The notes beneath the pieces are model-generated. The model was not told the DNA's origin and made no database searches. It saw nothing but the letters and a program-made list of their open reading frames with translations. Made by a program: the position numbers and the translations under genes. 64,000 bases of DNA, taken from NCBI GenBank assembly GCA_028710085.1, contig JAQUSU010000002.1, positions 26,580 through 90,579 on the forward strand. The letters run 5' to 3'. Positions 1-10,021 of the stretch are shown here, in pieces. This DNA is from Anaerotignum sp. Lineage in GTDB: Bacteria; Bacillota; Clostridia; Lachnospirales; Anaerotignaceae. The first letter of the stretch is position 1, and every line of letters starts with the position of its first letter.

Positions 1-231
1 ATGATTACTCAAACCCAACCCTGTCAGTGTTGGGAATTCGATATGGAAAATGACAATATAGAAGGCCACTGGACAGGAATTTTTTCCCATAAAAACGGTG
101 AAACTACAATTACTTTTACAGAAACGGTTGCTGCAAAAAAAATGTTGATGAAGCCATTTGTAAAAATGTACTTAAAAAAACAACAGCTGGCTTATCTCTC
201 GGATTTAAAAAGAGCACTGGCCAACGAATAA
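1..231 (+). CDS. SRPBCC/polyketide cyclase-like protein, 3' part (likely truncated by window edge)
   Basis: WEFDMENDNIEGHWTGIF...TTITFTE...MKPFVKMYLKKQQ..Y..DL resembles the C-terminal half of small Firmicutes SRPBCC proteins; stop TAA at 229-231. Confidence 0.6.
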   Translation: MITQTQPCQCWEFDMENDNIEGHWTGIFSHKNGETTITFTETVAAKKMLMKPFVKMYLKKQQLAYLSDLKRALANE

Positions 232-270
232 TTGCATTTAGAGAACTGCTGATTTAACGGAGAGTATACA

Positions 271-410
271 GATACCACAAACGGCACAGCGGCTTTGGAA
301 TTTGCAAAAGAGGTTATGCTTACGATAAAGGTTGCATGGAAAGAAAAAATCATAGAGTAGTACAATTTTCATAAACAAGGTTTTTATCTTGCGCAATGCC
401 TAAAATGTAA
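271..410 (+). pseudogene. C-terminal remnant of a DJ-1/PfpI (type 1 glutamine amidotransferase) family gene
   Basis: Hand translation from 271: DTTNGTAALEFAKEVMLTIKVAWKEKIIE*YNFHKQGFY, then a shifted frame gives MPKM*; in-frame TAG at 358-360 where Trp is expected; no start or N-terminus. Confidence 0.6.
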
Positions 411-430
411 ATTTTGTGGTTATTCAACAA

Positions 431-476
431 AAAAATGCCCGATTGCAAGAACTTGCCTTGTCACTCGGGCATTTTT
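431..476. terminator. Bidirectional intrinsic terminator
   Basis: AAAAATGCCCGA...TCGGGCATTTTT inverted repeat between convergent genes. Confidence 0.75.
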
Positions 477-498
477 AATAAACACAACTAAGAAAATT

Positions 499-1452
499 TC
501 ACTTTTCTGTACGATAATATTCCGCCGCTTGTTCCGGTAAAATGCAATTGATATAGCTTCCTGTGGCATATTCAAAGCCCGCAAAGCCGCCAATTCTGGG
601 CAAAATTTCAATATGCCAGTGGAAATCCCCTTTTACCTCGCCATCAATCATGCAAATATTATATCCCACATCCTTGCGCAAAGACGAAATTTTTGGCAAA
701 AGCTCCTTAAATAAAACAGCTAACGACTTCAATTCCTCTGTTTTTACATTGGCAAAGCTTGTAATATGGCGTTTGGGGCAAATCCAAAGCTCATAGGGAA
801 AACGGGAGGCATAGGGCGTAATTGCCAAAAAATCTTGATTCTCCTCCACAATGCGTGTCCCCTGCTCCTTTTCATAAGTAAGCATTTTGCAAAAAAGGCA
901 ATCCTCCTCTTGCATATGGTGCCGCATCAAATCCTCTCTTTGGGGCATAACAGGCATCCCAACAATCTGCCAATGGGAATGGCGAATACTCATCCCTGCC
1001 GAGGGGCCGCAATTCTTAAATACCTGAATATATTTCACTTCTTCCGCCCACATCATTTTGCAGTATCTTTCCTGCAACACAATAAATATCCGTTCCAACT
1101 GTGCCAATGAAAACTGGTCTATCGTCTCCTCGTGGTGGGGCGTATCCACTAAAACCTCATGCATTCCCCTACCAGAAATTTGTTCATAAAAAGGGTTTTC
1201 TAAAATCGTTTCCGTCTCTTTCTCCACCGTGGGAAACATATTGGGGAAAACGCGAATTCTCCAGCTATCATCCTCACCATCTTGGTAAAGCGGGGGGGTT
1301 GTTTTATCCTCATGTCCGCCGCAAAACGGGCATCCCTCGTTCCCGATAAATTTCCCCTCAATTTTGTGCATAAATTCATAGGGACGTTTATTCCTGTTTT
1401 GGGCATAATGCGTCCACTCTCCCGTAAAAGGATTTCTTCTTACCTCAGACAT
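499..1452 (-). CDS. GalT-like hexose-1-phosphate nucleotidylyltransferase (HIT superfamily)
   Basis: Starts MSEVRRNPFTGEW after a GGGGAG RBS (ORF-track start 1710 lies inside the upstream gene); CPFC zinc motif, FKNxGxSAGxSIxHSHWQ (HxHxQ), CLFC, FHWHIEILPR. Confidence 0.8.
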   Translation of the reverse strand: MSEVRRNPFTGEWTHYAQNRNKRPYEFMHKIEGKFIGNEGCPFCGGHEDKTTPPLYQDGEDDSWRIRVFPNMFPTVEKETETILENPFYEQISGRGMHEVLVDTPHHEETIDQFSLAQLERIFIVLQERYCKMMWAEEVKYIQVFKNCGPSAGMSIRHSHWQIVGMPVMPQREDLMRHHMQEEDCLFCKMLTYEKEQGTRIVEENQDFLAITPYASRFPYELWICPKRHITSFANVKTEELKSLAVLFKELLPKISSLRKDVGYNICMIDGEVKGDFHWHIEILPRIGGFAGFEYATGSYINCILPEQAAEYYRTEK

Positions 1453-1462
1453 AGTCTCCCCC

Positions 1463-3070
1463 CTATTCTTTTTCACTTCCATAAGTCCACCCAGCAATGG
1501 AATTAAAAATATCATCTTCTGTGGGAATAATTTCTCCGCCAACACGGGCGGAGGTGAGCATTGCCTTATTGCGAAAAGCAATGCTAATATAAGGCAGCTC
1601 CTCGGCAATCCGCTTTTGCAGACTGCTGTACGCCAAAAGGGTTGCCCCCTCCCCAACGGCTTCATTTGCCGCCAAAAGCAAGGCATCCAGCTGCTCATCC
1701 TGATAACCAATATAATTTAGGCTTCCGTTGGTGCCAAAAAAATCGTACAAATTAGTGACGGGCGACATCTGCCATCCGCCCACAACGAGGTCAAAATCCC
1801 CATTGATAAATTTTTCCTGATATTCAACGAAAGGTAGAATATCCAAAGAAACATCAAATCCCAAAAGGATTAGCTCATCCCCTAGCTTCGTCGCAATTTG
1901 TCGTCTTGCACCGTTTTCCTGATTCGCCAAAATAGTAACCTGAAGCTGTTCCTGCCCGTTTTCACCGTCTTTTTCCAGCCTGCCATCACCGTTTTTATCA
2001 GTCCAGCCTACATTTTTCAATAAGGTTGCCGCCATACTCGAATCATATTCAAAAGGCGCAACGTTTTCCTCATAGAGCCATGAGCTTGGGCTTACAGGGG
2101 TATTGGTGAGATTTGCGTACTGCAAATAAACGTTATCATAAATTGCTGTTTTGGGCAGCGCATAGGCAACCGCCTGCCGCATATTTTTATCCTGAAATAA
2201 ATCTCGTTGGAAGTTAAACCCAATAAAATCATATTGGTTGGAAGTAAATTGATATACGCCCACCGCACCTTCATCTGCATAACGCCCTGCATCGCCGGCG
2301 TCTGTCACCAAAACATCCGTCATCCCCTGGTTAAAAGCAAAAACATCTGTTTCTGCGCCTCCCGTAGTACGAACGGAAATCGTTTCAATTGCAGGCTTTT
2401 GCCCTACATAAGAAGGGTTTGCCGTCAATATCATCTCCGACGCCACAGAATAGGATTCCATGGCATAAGGCCCACTGCCCCTAGGCGTGAGATTAACCTC
2501 GCTTTTCGGATCCGTCTGCCCTTGGTAGTATGCCGCAGAAATGACCGGAAACTCCAGTGCGGCCAAGTTCTTACTGTATGGGGTGTAAAAAGAAATATCT
2601 ATGGAATACTGCCCCGTTTTGTGGTAGGAAGAAATATAATCCAACACCTTTTTATAAACAGAATCCACCTCCGCAGCCTGAATGGTTTCGATGGAAAACG
2701 CCACATCATCTGCAGTCAAGGTCGCCCCATTTTGCCAAGTAATATCGGAGCGAAGCTGCAAGGAAAGGGTTCGCCCATCCTCAGAAAAGCTCCAGCTTTC
2801 GGCAACCGAAGGACAAGGCTTTCCCGTTTCATCAAAGGCAATCAGGGGCTGATAAATCAGCTTTAGTATGGTATCCACCGTTTCTTCTCTGTTTCGCAGT
2901 GGGTTTAAGGTTTCCGGCACCCGCATGGATAAAGTCAAAACATGGTTTTCCCCTTGACTTTGCTCCACCTCCCCAGAAACAGAAAAATTATTGTTTTCTT
3001 CTCCTCCTTCTCCACACCCCGTAAAAATCAGAACGCAAAGAAGGATTAGAACCATAAATTTTTTTTTCAT
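1463..3070 (-). CDS. ABC transporter substrate-binding lipoprotein, OppA/DppA (family 5)
   Basis: GGAGG RBS; MKKKF...LIFTGC lipobox; LAESW-like VAESWSFSEDG, W.NG..LTADDV.FS, P.GSGPY, R.A..YA motifs. Confidence 0.85.
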   Translation of the reverse strand: MKKKFMVLILLCVLIFTGCGEGGEENNNFSVSGEVEQSQGENHVLTLSMRVPETLNPLRNREETVDTILKLIYQPLIAFDETGKPCPSVAESWSFSEDGRTLSLQLRSDITWQNGATLTADDVAFSIETIQAAEVDSVYKKVLDYISSYHKTGQYSIDISFYTPYSKNLAALEFPVISAAYYQGQTDPKSEVNLTPRGSGPYAMESYSVASEMILTANPSYVGQKPAIETISVRTTGGAETDVFAFNQGMTDVLVTDAGDAGRYADEGAVGVYQFTSNQYDFIGFNFQRDLFQDKNMRQAVAYALPKTAIYDNVYLQYANLTNTPVSPSSWLYEENVAPFEYDSSMAATLLKNVGWTDKNGDGRLEKDGENGQEQLQVTILANQENGARRQIATKLGDELILLGFDVSLDILPFVEYQEKFINGDFDLVVGGWQMSPVTNLYDFFGTNGSLNYIGYQDEQLDALLLAANEAVGEGATLLAYSSLQKRIAEELPYISIAFRNKAMLTSARVGGEIIPTEDDIFNSIAGWTYGSEKE

Positions 3071-3086
3071 ATGTGCCTCCAAAAAA

Positions 3087-3641
3087 CTATAAACGGTAAA
3101 AAATTTTATAAAGCTTTTGCACAAGTTCAACCTTTTTTACATAGCTATTCGTTTCCGGAAAAGGGATCTCCTCCAGATGATAGCCATCCTCACTGTATTG
3201 ATTATCACTAAGCCATTGGCTTACCTTTCCATGCCCCGCATTATAAGCGGCCAAAACCGTGGGCCGAACCTCTCCGAATTTTTCCTCCAGCCATTGCAGA
3301 TACCACGTCCCCACAGCAATACTGGTTTCCGGATCTTTTAAATTGAGGGTTTCCACATCCAAATAATCCACACGGCTGGCAACCCACCATCCGGTTTCCG
3401 TCGTTACCTGCATCAACCCCTTGGCATCTGCCCTGGAATGCGCCTCGGGATCAAAACGACTTTCGCAAAAAATAACGGCAAATATTAAGGATTCCTCAAC
3501 ATCATACATCTTTGCATATTTTTCAACCTGTTCACGGTATTTTATAGGCAATACTTTAGGTAATACAACAAAATACCCTATCGCCGCCACCGCTAGGAGC
3601 ACAACAACCCAGGTAAGTATTTTCCTAATCAAACGAAACAT
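3087..3641 (-). CDS. Membrane-anchored soluble lytic transglycosylase (SLT domain)
   Basis: N-terminal TM helix; AVIFCES.F...A.S...A.GLMQ and LAAYNAG motifs; typical position after coaE. Confidence 0.88.
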   Translation of the reverse strand: MFRLIRKILTWVVVLLAVAAIGYFVVLPKVLPIKYREQVEKYAKMYDVEESLIFAVIFCESRFDPEAHSRADAKGLMQVTTETGWWVASRVDYLDVETLNLKDPETSIAVGTWYLQWLEEKFGEVRPTVLAAYNAGHGKVSQWLSDNQYSEDGYHLEEIPFPETNSYVKKVELVQKLYKIFYRL

Positions 3642-3709
3642 TTCTTCACCCACGCCTTTAAAGTCATATTTTTTATCACAAATTCCGCAAATAAGCAAAA
3701 ACCTTTGAT

Positions 3710-4303
3710 TTATACATATTTTTTCATTAAGCCTGCCACCTGTGTCTGTACCTCTTGCAGTGTGCCGCTGTTGTCAATCACCGCTTGGGCAAAGCTTTCA
3801 TATTCCGCCCATGATTTCTGATTTGCAATGCGTGCCTGCGCGGTTTCATAGGAAATGCCGTCTCGCTGCATCACACGGCGGGCACGAACCTCCACGTCGG
3901 CATATACAACCCAAATGGCATCACAAATTTCCACAAGCCCTGCCTCCACCAATAATGGGGCATCAATAATAATCAATTTTGCCTTGCCCAATTCCTTCGC
4001 CTCTTGGATTTGCCGTGCAATCTCCTGTGCGATATATTTATGGGTACAGCGGTTCAAAAATTCCAGTTTTTCTTTCCCTCGAAACACAATTTCCCCAAGC
4101 TTCCGCCGAAAAATCTCGCCGTCCTCTTGCAAAATTTGTCCTCCAAAATAGTCCACCAGCTCCTCATAAGCCGGTCTTCCTTTTTTAATAATCTCATGGG
4201 CAATCAAATCAGCATCAATAATTGCGGCGCCTACATCCCGAAGGCATTGGCTTACAACACCCTTTCCGCTGCCTGTTCCCCCTGTTAAACCGATTACTTT
4301 CAT
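3710..4303 (-). CDS. coaE: Dephospho-CoA kinase
   Basis: IGLTGGTGSGKG P-loop, IDAD.IAH, DAPLL.E, VIDN.G; follows polA. Confidence 0.95.
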   Translation of the reverse strand: MKVIGLTGGTGSGKGVVSQCLRDVGAAIIDADLIAHEIIKKGRPAYEELVDYFGGQILQEDGEIFRRKLGEIVFRGKEKLEFLNRCTHKYIAQEIARQIQEAKELGKAKLIIIDAPLLVEAGLVEICDAIWVVYADVEVRARRVMQRDGISYETAQARIANQKSWAEYESFAQAVIDNSGTLQEVQTQVAGLMKKYV

Positions 4304-4320
4304 GGCATATCCCTCTTTAT

Positions 4321-6975
4321 TTATTTCGCCTCAAACCAAGAATTCCCTTCATGCACATCTACATCCAACGGAACCGAAAGCTTTGCTGCCTGCTCCATAT
4401 TTTCTTTCAAAATCCTTGCCACTGCCTCTTTTTCCTCGAAATAAGTTTCAATCAGCAGCTCATCGTGCACCTGCAAAATCAAATGAGAGCGATAGCCACC
4501 CTCCTTTAATGCCTTATGCACACGAACCATGGCAATTTTAATAATATCCGCCGCACTGCCTTGAATTGGCATATTCATGGCAACCCGTTCCCCAAAGGAA
4601 CGCTGCTGAAAGTTATTGCTTTGCAGCTCGGGCATTGCCCTTCTTCTGTTCCAAAGGGTGGAAACGTAGCCTTGTTCTGTGGCTTGTTGAATGGTTTCAT
4701 TCATATATTTTTTGATATTGGGATACTTTGCAAAATATGCGGCAATATATTGCTCTGCCTCTTTTCGGCTAATCCCCAAATCCTGACTTAGGCTAAAAGC
4801 GCCAATGCCGTAAACAATCCCAAAATTCACCGCCTTTGCATTGCTTCTTTGTGATGATGTCACCTCATCAAAGGGTACATGGAACACCTGCGATGCCGTT
4901 AGCCTGTGAATATCTTGGTTATTGATGAAAGCATTGATCAAGGTTTCATCGCCAGCAATGTGGGCAAGGACACGCAACTCAATCTGGGAATAATCCGCAT
5001 CCAAAAAGCAGAACTCCTCGCTTTCGGGAATAAAAACCTTCCGCAGCTCTCTGCCCAATTCCAAACGCACAGGAATATTTTGTAAATTCGGCTCTGTGGA
5101 GCTGATGCGCCCTGTGGCGGTAATGGTCTGGTTAAAGGTGGAATATATTTTCTCCGTTTTTTCATCCATCACAGCCAAAAGTCCATCTGCATAGGTGCTT
5201 TTCAGCTTTGCCAGCTGGCGGTAATACAATATTTTTTCCACCATAGGGTGCTCAAATCTCAATTTTTCCAAAACATCGGCGGCAGTGGAATAGCCTGTTT
5301 TTGTTTTCTTTCCGCCCTTTAATCCTAGCTTTTCAAACAAAACAACACCCAACTGTTTTGGGGAATTCAGGTTAAATTCCTCTCCCGAAAGGGCAAAAAT
5401 TTCCTTGGTAATAATTTCAATGCGCTCTTCAAGATTTTTTTGAAACACAAGTAAGGCTTCCTTATCCACCTTGATTCCGTATTCTTCCATATCGGCGAGA
5501 ACATAAATTAACGGCATTTCTATCTCATAAAAAAGCTGATTTTGCCCGTTTTCCCCAAGCTGCTTTTCCATGACTTTTTTCGCTTCAAAGCACACCTTTG
5601 CCTGGGTTACGGCATAATTCTTCCGCTCCTCTTTGGAAAGAGTACAAAAAGCCTTTTTGCCTTTGCCCTTACCCAAAACCTCTTCATCAGAAGGAAAAAC
5701 CTGATTCAAAAACGTCTTTGCCAAGTCATCATATTCATAAGACGAGCCTGTGGGATTTAAAATATATGCCCCAATGGCAGTATCAAAGGAAATTTCAGGC
5801 ATTTCCCCAAAATATCCGCGCAATAATTTCATGTCTTTTTTCATATCGTGGCCAATTTTTACAATATTTTTATCCATAAAGAATGGTTTCGCCAACACAA
5901 AAAGCTGTTCCTCGGTGAGCTTCTCCCCAACCTCAAGCCAAACGCCGTCCGAATCCTCTTGATATAAGGCAAGCCCTTGGCAAAGCCCATCATCCATCAA
6001 AAGAATATAAGCCGTTTCCTTCTTATCCAATGTTTGGAAGAAAGCTTCCGCATCATCGAAGGAATCAATTCCACGAAAATCCAGAACTTGCGCCGTCTGC
6101 ACCTCTTCCTTTTCAAAGCGGTCATACATACTTTTTATTTCCAAACGCTTCGCCATGTCATAAGCGGCAGGGTTGAATAAATCCCCTATTTTCGTGCTTT
6201 CTTTCTCAAAGGAGATGGGCATATCCCGAACAATGGTTGCTAAAAATTTACTGAGCCTTGCCTGTTCTTGAAATTCCGCCAAGTTTTCCGACGCTTTTTT
6301 GGGCTTTACCTCGGCCGCATGGGCAATGGAATTTTCCAAATCATGGTATTCCTGAATGATTTTTACGGCAGTTTTTTCCCCAATCCCCGGAACACCGGGA
6401 ATATTATCGGAAGCATCCCCCATCAACGCCTTTACCTCTATAAATTCCAACGGTGTTACACCGTATTTTTCCACAACATCCTTTGCATAGTAGTCTTCCG
6501 TTTCCGTGCGCCCACCCTTTGTTTTGGGAATACGCACCTTTAGGGTTTCACTGGCAAGCTGCAATAAATCTCTATCGCCGGAAACAACAACGGGCACAAC
6601 CCCCTGTTCTTCCGCTTTGGCAGAAAGGGTGCCTAAAATATCATCAGCCTCAAAGCCTTCCATTTCATAAATTTGAATGTTCATGGCCTGAAGCATTTCC
6701 TTCAACAAAGGCATTTGTGTCCGCAATTCATCAGGCATCCCCTTTCTTGTGCCTTTATAGCCATCAAACTCCTTATGGCGAAAGGTGGGGGCATGCAAAT
6801 CGAAGGCAACCGCCAAATATTCGGGTTTCTCCTCATCCATCAGCTTAAAAAGAATATTCAAAAATCCGTAAACTCCGTTGGTATACTGCCCTTCACTGTT
6901 GGTCAAAAGGGGCACACCATAAAAAGCACGGTTTACAATGCTATTTCCGTCTATCAACATTATTTTTTCAGTCAT
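4321..6975 (-). CDS. polA: DNA polymerase I
   Basis: LIDGNS...RAFY 5'-3' exonuclease, TGRISSTEPNLQNIP, DADYSQIELRVLAH, KAVNFGIVYG, LQVHDELL. Confidence 0.98.
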   Translation of the reverse strand: MTEKIMLIDGNSIVNRAFYGVPLLTNSEGQYTNGVYGFLNILFKLMDEEKPEYLAVAFDLHAPTFRHKEFDGYKGTRKGMPDELRTQMPLLKEMLQAMNIQIYEMEGFEADDILGTLSAKAEEQGVVPVVVSGDRDLLQLASETLKVRIPKTKGGRTETEDYYAKDVVEKYGVTPLEFIEVKALMGDASDNIPGVPGIGEKTAVKIIQEYHDLENSIAHAAEVKPKKASENLAEFQEQARLSKFLATIVRDMPISFEKESTKIGDLFNPAAYDMAKRLEIKSMYDRFEKEEVQTAQVLDFRGIDSFDDAEAFFQTLDKKETAYILLMDDGLCQGLALYQEDSDGVWLEVGEKLTEEQLFVLAKPFFMDKNIVKIGHDMKKDMKLLRGYFGEMPEISFDTAIGAYILNPTGSSYEYDDLAKTFLNQVFPSDEEVLGKGKGKKAFCTLSKEERKNYAVTQAKVCFEAKKVMEKQLGENGQNQLFYEIEMPLIYVLADMEEYGIKVDKEALLVFQKNLEERIEIITKEIFALSGEEFNLNSPKQLGVVLFEKLGLKGGKKTKTGYSTAADVLEKLRFEHPMVEKILYYRQLAKLKSTYADGLLAVMDEKTEKIYSTFNQTITATGRISSTEPNLQNIPVRLELGRELRKVFIPESEEFCFLDADYSQIELRVLAHIAGDETLINAFINNQDIHRLTASQVFHVPFDEVTSSQRSNAKAVNFGIVYGIGAFSLSQDLGISRKEAEQYIAAYFAKYPNIKKYMNETIQQATEQGYVSTLWNRRRAMPELQSNNFQQRSFGERVAMNMPIQGSAADIIKIAMVRVHKALKEGGYRSHLILQVHDELLIETYFEEKEAVARILKENMEQAAKLSVPLDVDVHEGNSWFEAK

Positions 6976-7162
6976 AATTGACCTCCTATATCAGTCAAAC
7001 CCATTTTCGGGAATTTTAGCGTAATTCACCATACTAATTATTTATTATACACCAAATCCTTATAAAAACCTATTACAAAAAGCGAAATTTTCCCAAGGAC
7101 AATTTGAATTTAATGTCCTTCTTGCATATAGTAACAATGAAAATATGCGCAGGAGGTCATTT

Positions 7163-8164
7163 ATGAAAAAAATCATTTCTTTTTTATTAGCAGGTTGCAT
7201 GGCGTTAGCCCTATTGGCAGGTTGCTCTTCCCAGCCGGCAGCGCAGGCGGAGCTTACCCCCGTCCGTCTCAACGAGGTTGTGCATTCCGTTTTTTACGCA
7301 CCCCAGTATGTTGCCTTGGAATTAGGCTTTTTTGAAGAAGAAGGGCTGGATGTATCCGTTGCCATCGGAAACGGCGCAGATAAATCCATGACGGCACTGC
7401 TCTCCGACTCTGCAGACATCGCTCTTTTGGGTACAGAAGCAGGCATCTATGTTTATAACGAGGGTAAGGAGGATTATCCAAAGGCATTCCTGCAATTAAC
7501 CCAAAGGGCAGGAAACTTCCTTGTTTCCCGCGTAGATGAACCCGATTTCAGATGGGAAAATCTCAAAGGCAAATCCGTCATCGGCGGCAGATTAGGCGGT
7601 ATGCCCGAAATGGTTTTGGAATACGTTTTGAAGGAAAACGGATTAAAATTAAATGAAGATGTTGAAATTATTAATAACATCGATTTTTCCTCCACCGCAG
7701 GCGCATTCACAGGCAATGTGGGGAATTATACCGTAGAATTTGAGCCCGTGGCAACCACCTTGGAAAACAGTGGCAGCGGCTATATTGTTGCATCCTTAGG
7801 TGCGGCCAGCGGCTATGTGCCCTACACCGTTTATATGGCAAGGGACGAATTTATGAACGAACACCCAGAAACCATTGAAGCCTTCACAAAAGCAATTTAT
7901 AAGGGTCAGCTTTGGGTGAAAGAGCATACCTCCGAAGAAATTGCCAAGGTCGTTGCTCCTCAATTCCCCGATGCCGACGCAAAAACCTTAGCTACCATTA
8001 TTGAGCGTTACAAAGCACAAGATACATGGAAGGCAGACCCCACCTTCTCTGAGGATGGCTTTGAACTGATTCAGGATATTATGGAACAAGGCGGACAGTT
8101 GTCCCAAAGAGTGCCTTTCGACGATTTGGTCAGAACAGACTTCGCTGAAAAAGTTATGAAATAA
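7163..8164 (+). CDS. ABC transporter substrate-binding lipoprotein, NMT1/THI5/SsuA type (YtlA-like)
   Basis: AGGAGG RBS; LLAGC lipobox; EVVHSVFYAPQYVA..GFFEEEGLDV; GGRLGGMP. Confidence 0.8.
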   Translation: MKKIISFLLAGCMALALLAGCSSQPAAQAELTPVRLNEVVHSVFYAPQYVALELGFFEEEGLDVSVAIGNGADKSMTALLSDSADIALLGTEAGIYVYNEGKEDYPKAFLQLTQRAGNFLVSRVDEPDFRWENLKGKSVIGGRLGGMPEMVLEYVLKENGLKLNEDVEIINNIDFSSTAGAFTGNVGNYTVEFEPVATTLENSGSGYIVASLGAASGYVPYTVYMARDEFMNEHPETIEAFTKAIYKGQLWVKEHTSEEIAKVVAPQFPDADAKTLATIIERYKAQDTWKADPTFSEDGFELIQDIMEQGGQLSQRVPFDDLVRTDFAEKVMK

Positions 8165-8182
8165 TAGAAAATATCATATTTC

Positions 8183-8233
8183 AAACAGCCCGATTGCCTT
8201 GGAGAAATTTCGCCCGGCAATTCGGGCTGTTTT
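8183..8233 (+). terminator. Intrinsic terminator
   Basis: AAACAGCCCGA-TTGCC...GGCAA-TTCGGGCTGTTT followed by T-rich tract. Confidence 0.75.
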
Positions 8234-8534
8234 ATTTGTGCATACAACCAAGTAAATTTACATTTGATAATCACCTTTCCCATATTTTTCGGGAGAAAAT
8301 GCAAGCATCTTACTCACTTTTTACATGAAAAAACGCAGTTCCATAAAAAGCAGAGAATCATTTGATAATTGCAAAATTAATTATGCATTTTTTTTATGAA
8401 TTCAATGAATTGGCGTTTGTTAATTATAAATTCGAATCAAACCTATTCTCAATTGTGTTGTGATTACATTGAAATATAGGCACTATTACGCAAATCTCCG
8501 TTTTTCATCTATTAATATTATCAATTATTTCATA

Positions 8535-8563
8535 TTGACTTAGTGCTGATTTATTGATATATT
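8535..8563 (+). promoter_or_regulatory. SigA-type promoter of the citrate synthase-acn-icd operon
   Basis: TTGACT-N17-TATATT with TG extended -10. Confidence 0.55.
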
Positions 8564-8620
8564 TTATAAATGAAATAACTTGTTACTGTGAACATAATAT
8601 TAGTAAATAGGGGGGATTGC

Positions 8621-10006
8621 ATGATTTCTTTCAATAATAAAAACAACTTATTGGAACTTAGACAATACAAATACAGCTTGCAAAACGTAGATAAACCAAA
8701 CCTTTATCGGGATAATTTCAACTACGACGAAATTCCAAAATGCACCTTCAACCACCGTTTGGTTCCCATGAATCCGCCGGATGAAATTTGGATGACTGAT
8801 ACCACCTTTCGTGATGGTCAGCAGGCAAGAACGCCCTACACAGTAGAGCAAATTACAACTCTTTACGAAATGCTCAGCCGTTTGGGCGGGCCAAATGGAA
8901 AAATTCGTCAATGTGAATTCTTCCTTTATAGTGAAACCGACCGTAAGGCAATTCGTGCCTGTCAGGAAATGGGGTTGAAATTCCCCGAAATAACCGGGTG
9001 GATTCGTGCCACAAAAGAGGATTTTAAATTAGTAAAGGATATGAATCTACAAGAATGCGGAATTTTGGTAAGCTGTTCCGACTATCATATTTTCAATAAG
9101 CTGCACAAAACAAGAGAACAGGCTTTGCATGACTATTTGGAAATCGTTAAGGCGGCGTTGGATTTTGGAATTCGTCCCCGTTGCCATTTTGAGGACGTAA
9201 CAAGAGCGGACTACTACGGTTTTGTGGTTCCCTTTGCAACGGAATTGAAAAAGCTGATGGATGAATATCAAATTCCCGTAAAAATTCGTTTTTGCGATAC
9301 CATGGGCTATGGTGTTCCGTATCCCGGCGCAACCCTTCCCAGAAGCGTTGCGGGTATTATTTACGGTGTCAATCACTTTGCACAGTTCCCCAGCGAATTA
9401 ATTGAATGGCATGGACATAACGATTTCTATAAAGCGGTTGTAAATGCCACAACAGCATGGCTTTACGGTGCAGGCTCGGTAAACTGCTCCTTGCTTGGTA
9501 TCGGCGAAAGAACAGGCAATACGCCTTTGGAGGCAATGGTAATCGAGTACGCTCAAATGCGTGGAACGTTAGACGGTATGGATCCAACAGTAATCACCGA
9601 AATTGCCGAATATTATGAATCCGATTTGGGCTACGAAATTCCCGACAGAACACCTTTTGTAGGCAGAGATTTTAACGTAACCCGTGCCGGAATTCATGCT
9701 GACGGTATGGCAAAGGACGAAGAAATTTACAATATTTTCAATACAGCAAAGATATTAAACCGCCCCATCGGCGTTGAAATCAATAAAAATTCCGGTTCCG
9801 CAGGCATTGCTTACTGGGTGAACCAATACCTTGGCTTAAAGGGCGAGGATGCGATTCTCAAAAGCTCTCCCGAGGCAACCATTTTACTCAATTGGGTGGA
9901 CAGCCTTTATGCAGACGGGCGCGTTACCTTCATTAGCAAAGAGGAATTAATTGAAGCAGTGAAAAACCTGACACCTCATCTACTTGCACTGAAAAAGAAG
10001 AAATAA
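8621..10006 (+). CDS. Re-citrate synthase (DRE-TIM, LeuA/homocitrate synthase family)
   Basis: TDTTFRDGQQ, EWHGHND, GIGERTGN, RAGIHADG; first gene of an operon with aconitase and ICDH; GGGGGG RBS. Confidence 0.85.
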   Translation: MISFNNKNNLLELRQYKYSLQNVDKPNLYRDNFNYDEIPKCTFNHRLVPMNPPDEIWMTDTTFRDGQQARTPYTVEQITTLYEMLSRLGGPNGKIRQCEFFLYSETDRKAIRACQEMGLKFPEITGWIRATKEDFKLVKDMNLQECGILVSCSDYHIFNKLHKTREQALHDYLEIVKAALDFGIRPRCHFEDVTRADYYGFVVPFATELKKLMDEYQIPVKIRFCDTMGYGVPYPGATLPRSVAGIIYGVNHFAQFPSELIEWHGHNDFYKAVVNATTAWLYGAGSVNCSLLGIGERTGNTPLEAMVIEYAQMRGTLDGMDPTVITEIAEYYESDLGYEIPDRTPFVGRDFNVTRAGIHADGMAKDEEIYNIFNTAKILNRPIGVEINKNSGSAGIAYWVNQYLGLKGEDAILKSSPEATILLNWVDSLYADGRVTFISKEELIEAVKNLTPHLLALKKKK

Positions 10007-10021
10007 GGAGGAATCTACTAC

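Noticed and set aside
1453-1710. ORF-track N-terminal extension of the GalT-like gene
   Set aside because: Overlaps the SBP gene; the RBS and family-like start are at 1452
437-8196. GCCCGATTGC shared by terminators at ~437 and ~8188
   Set aside because: Only 10 bp within generic GC stems; not enough to call a repeat family
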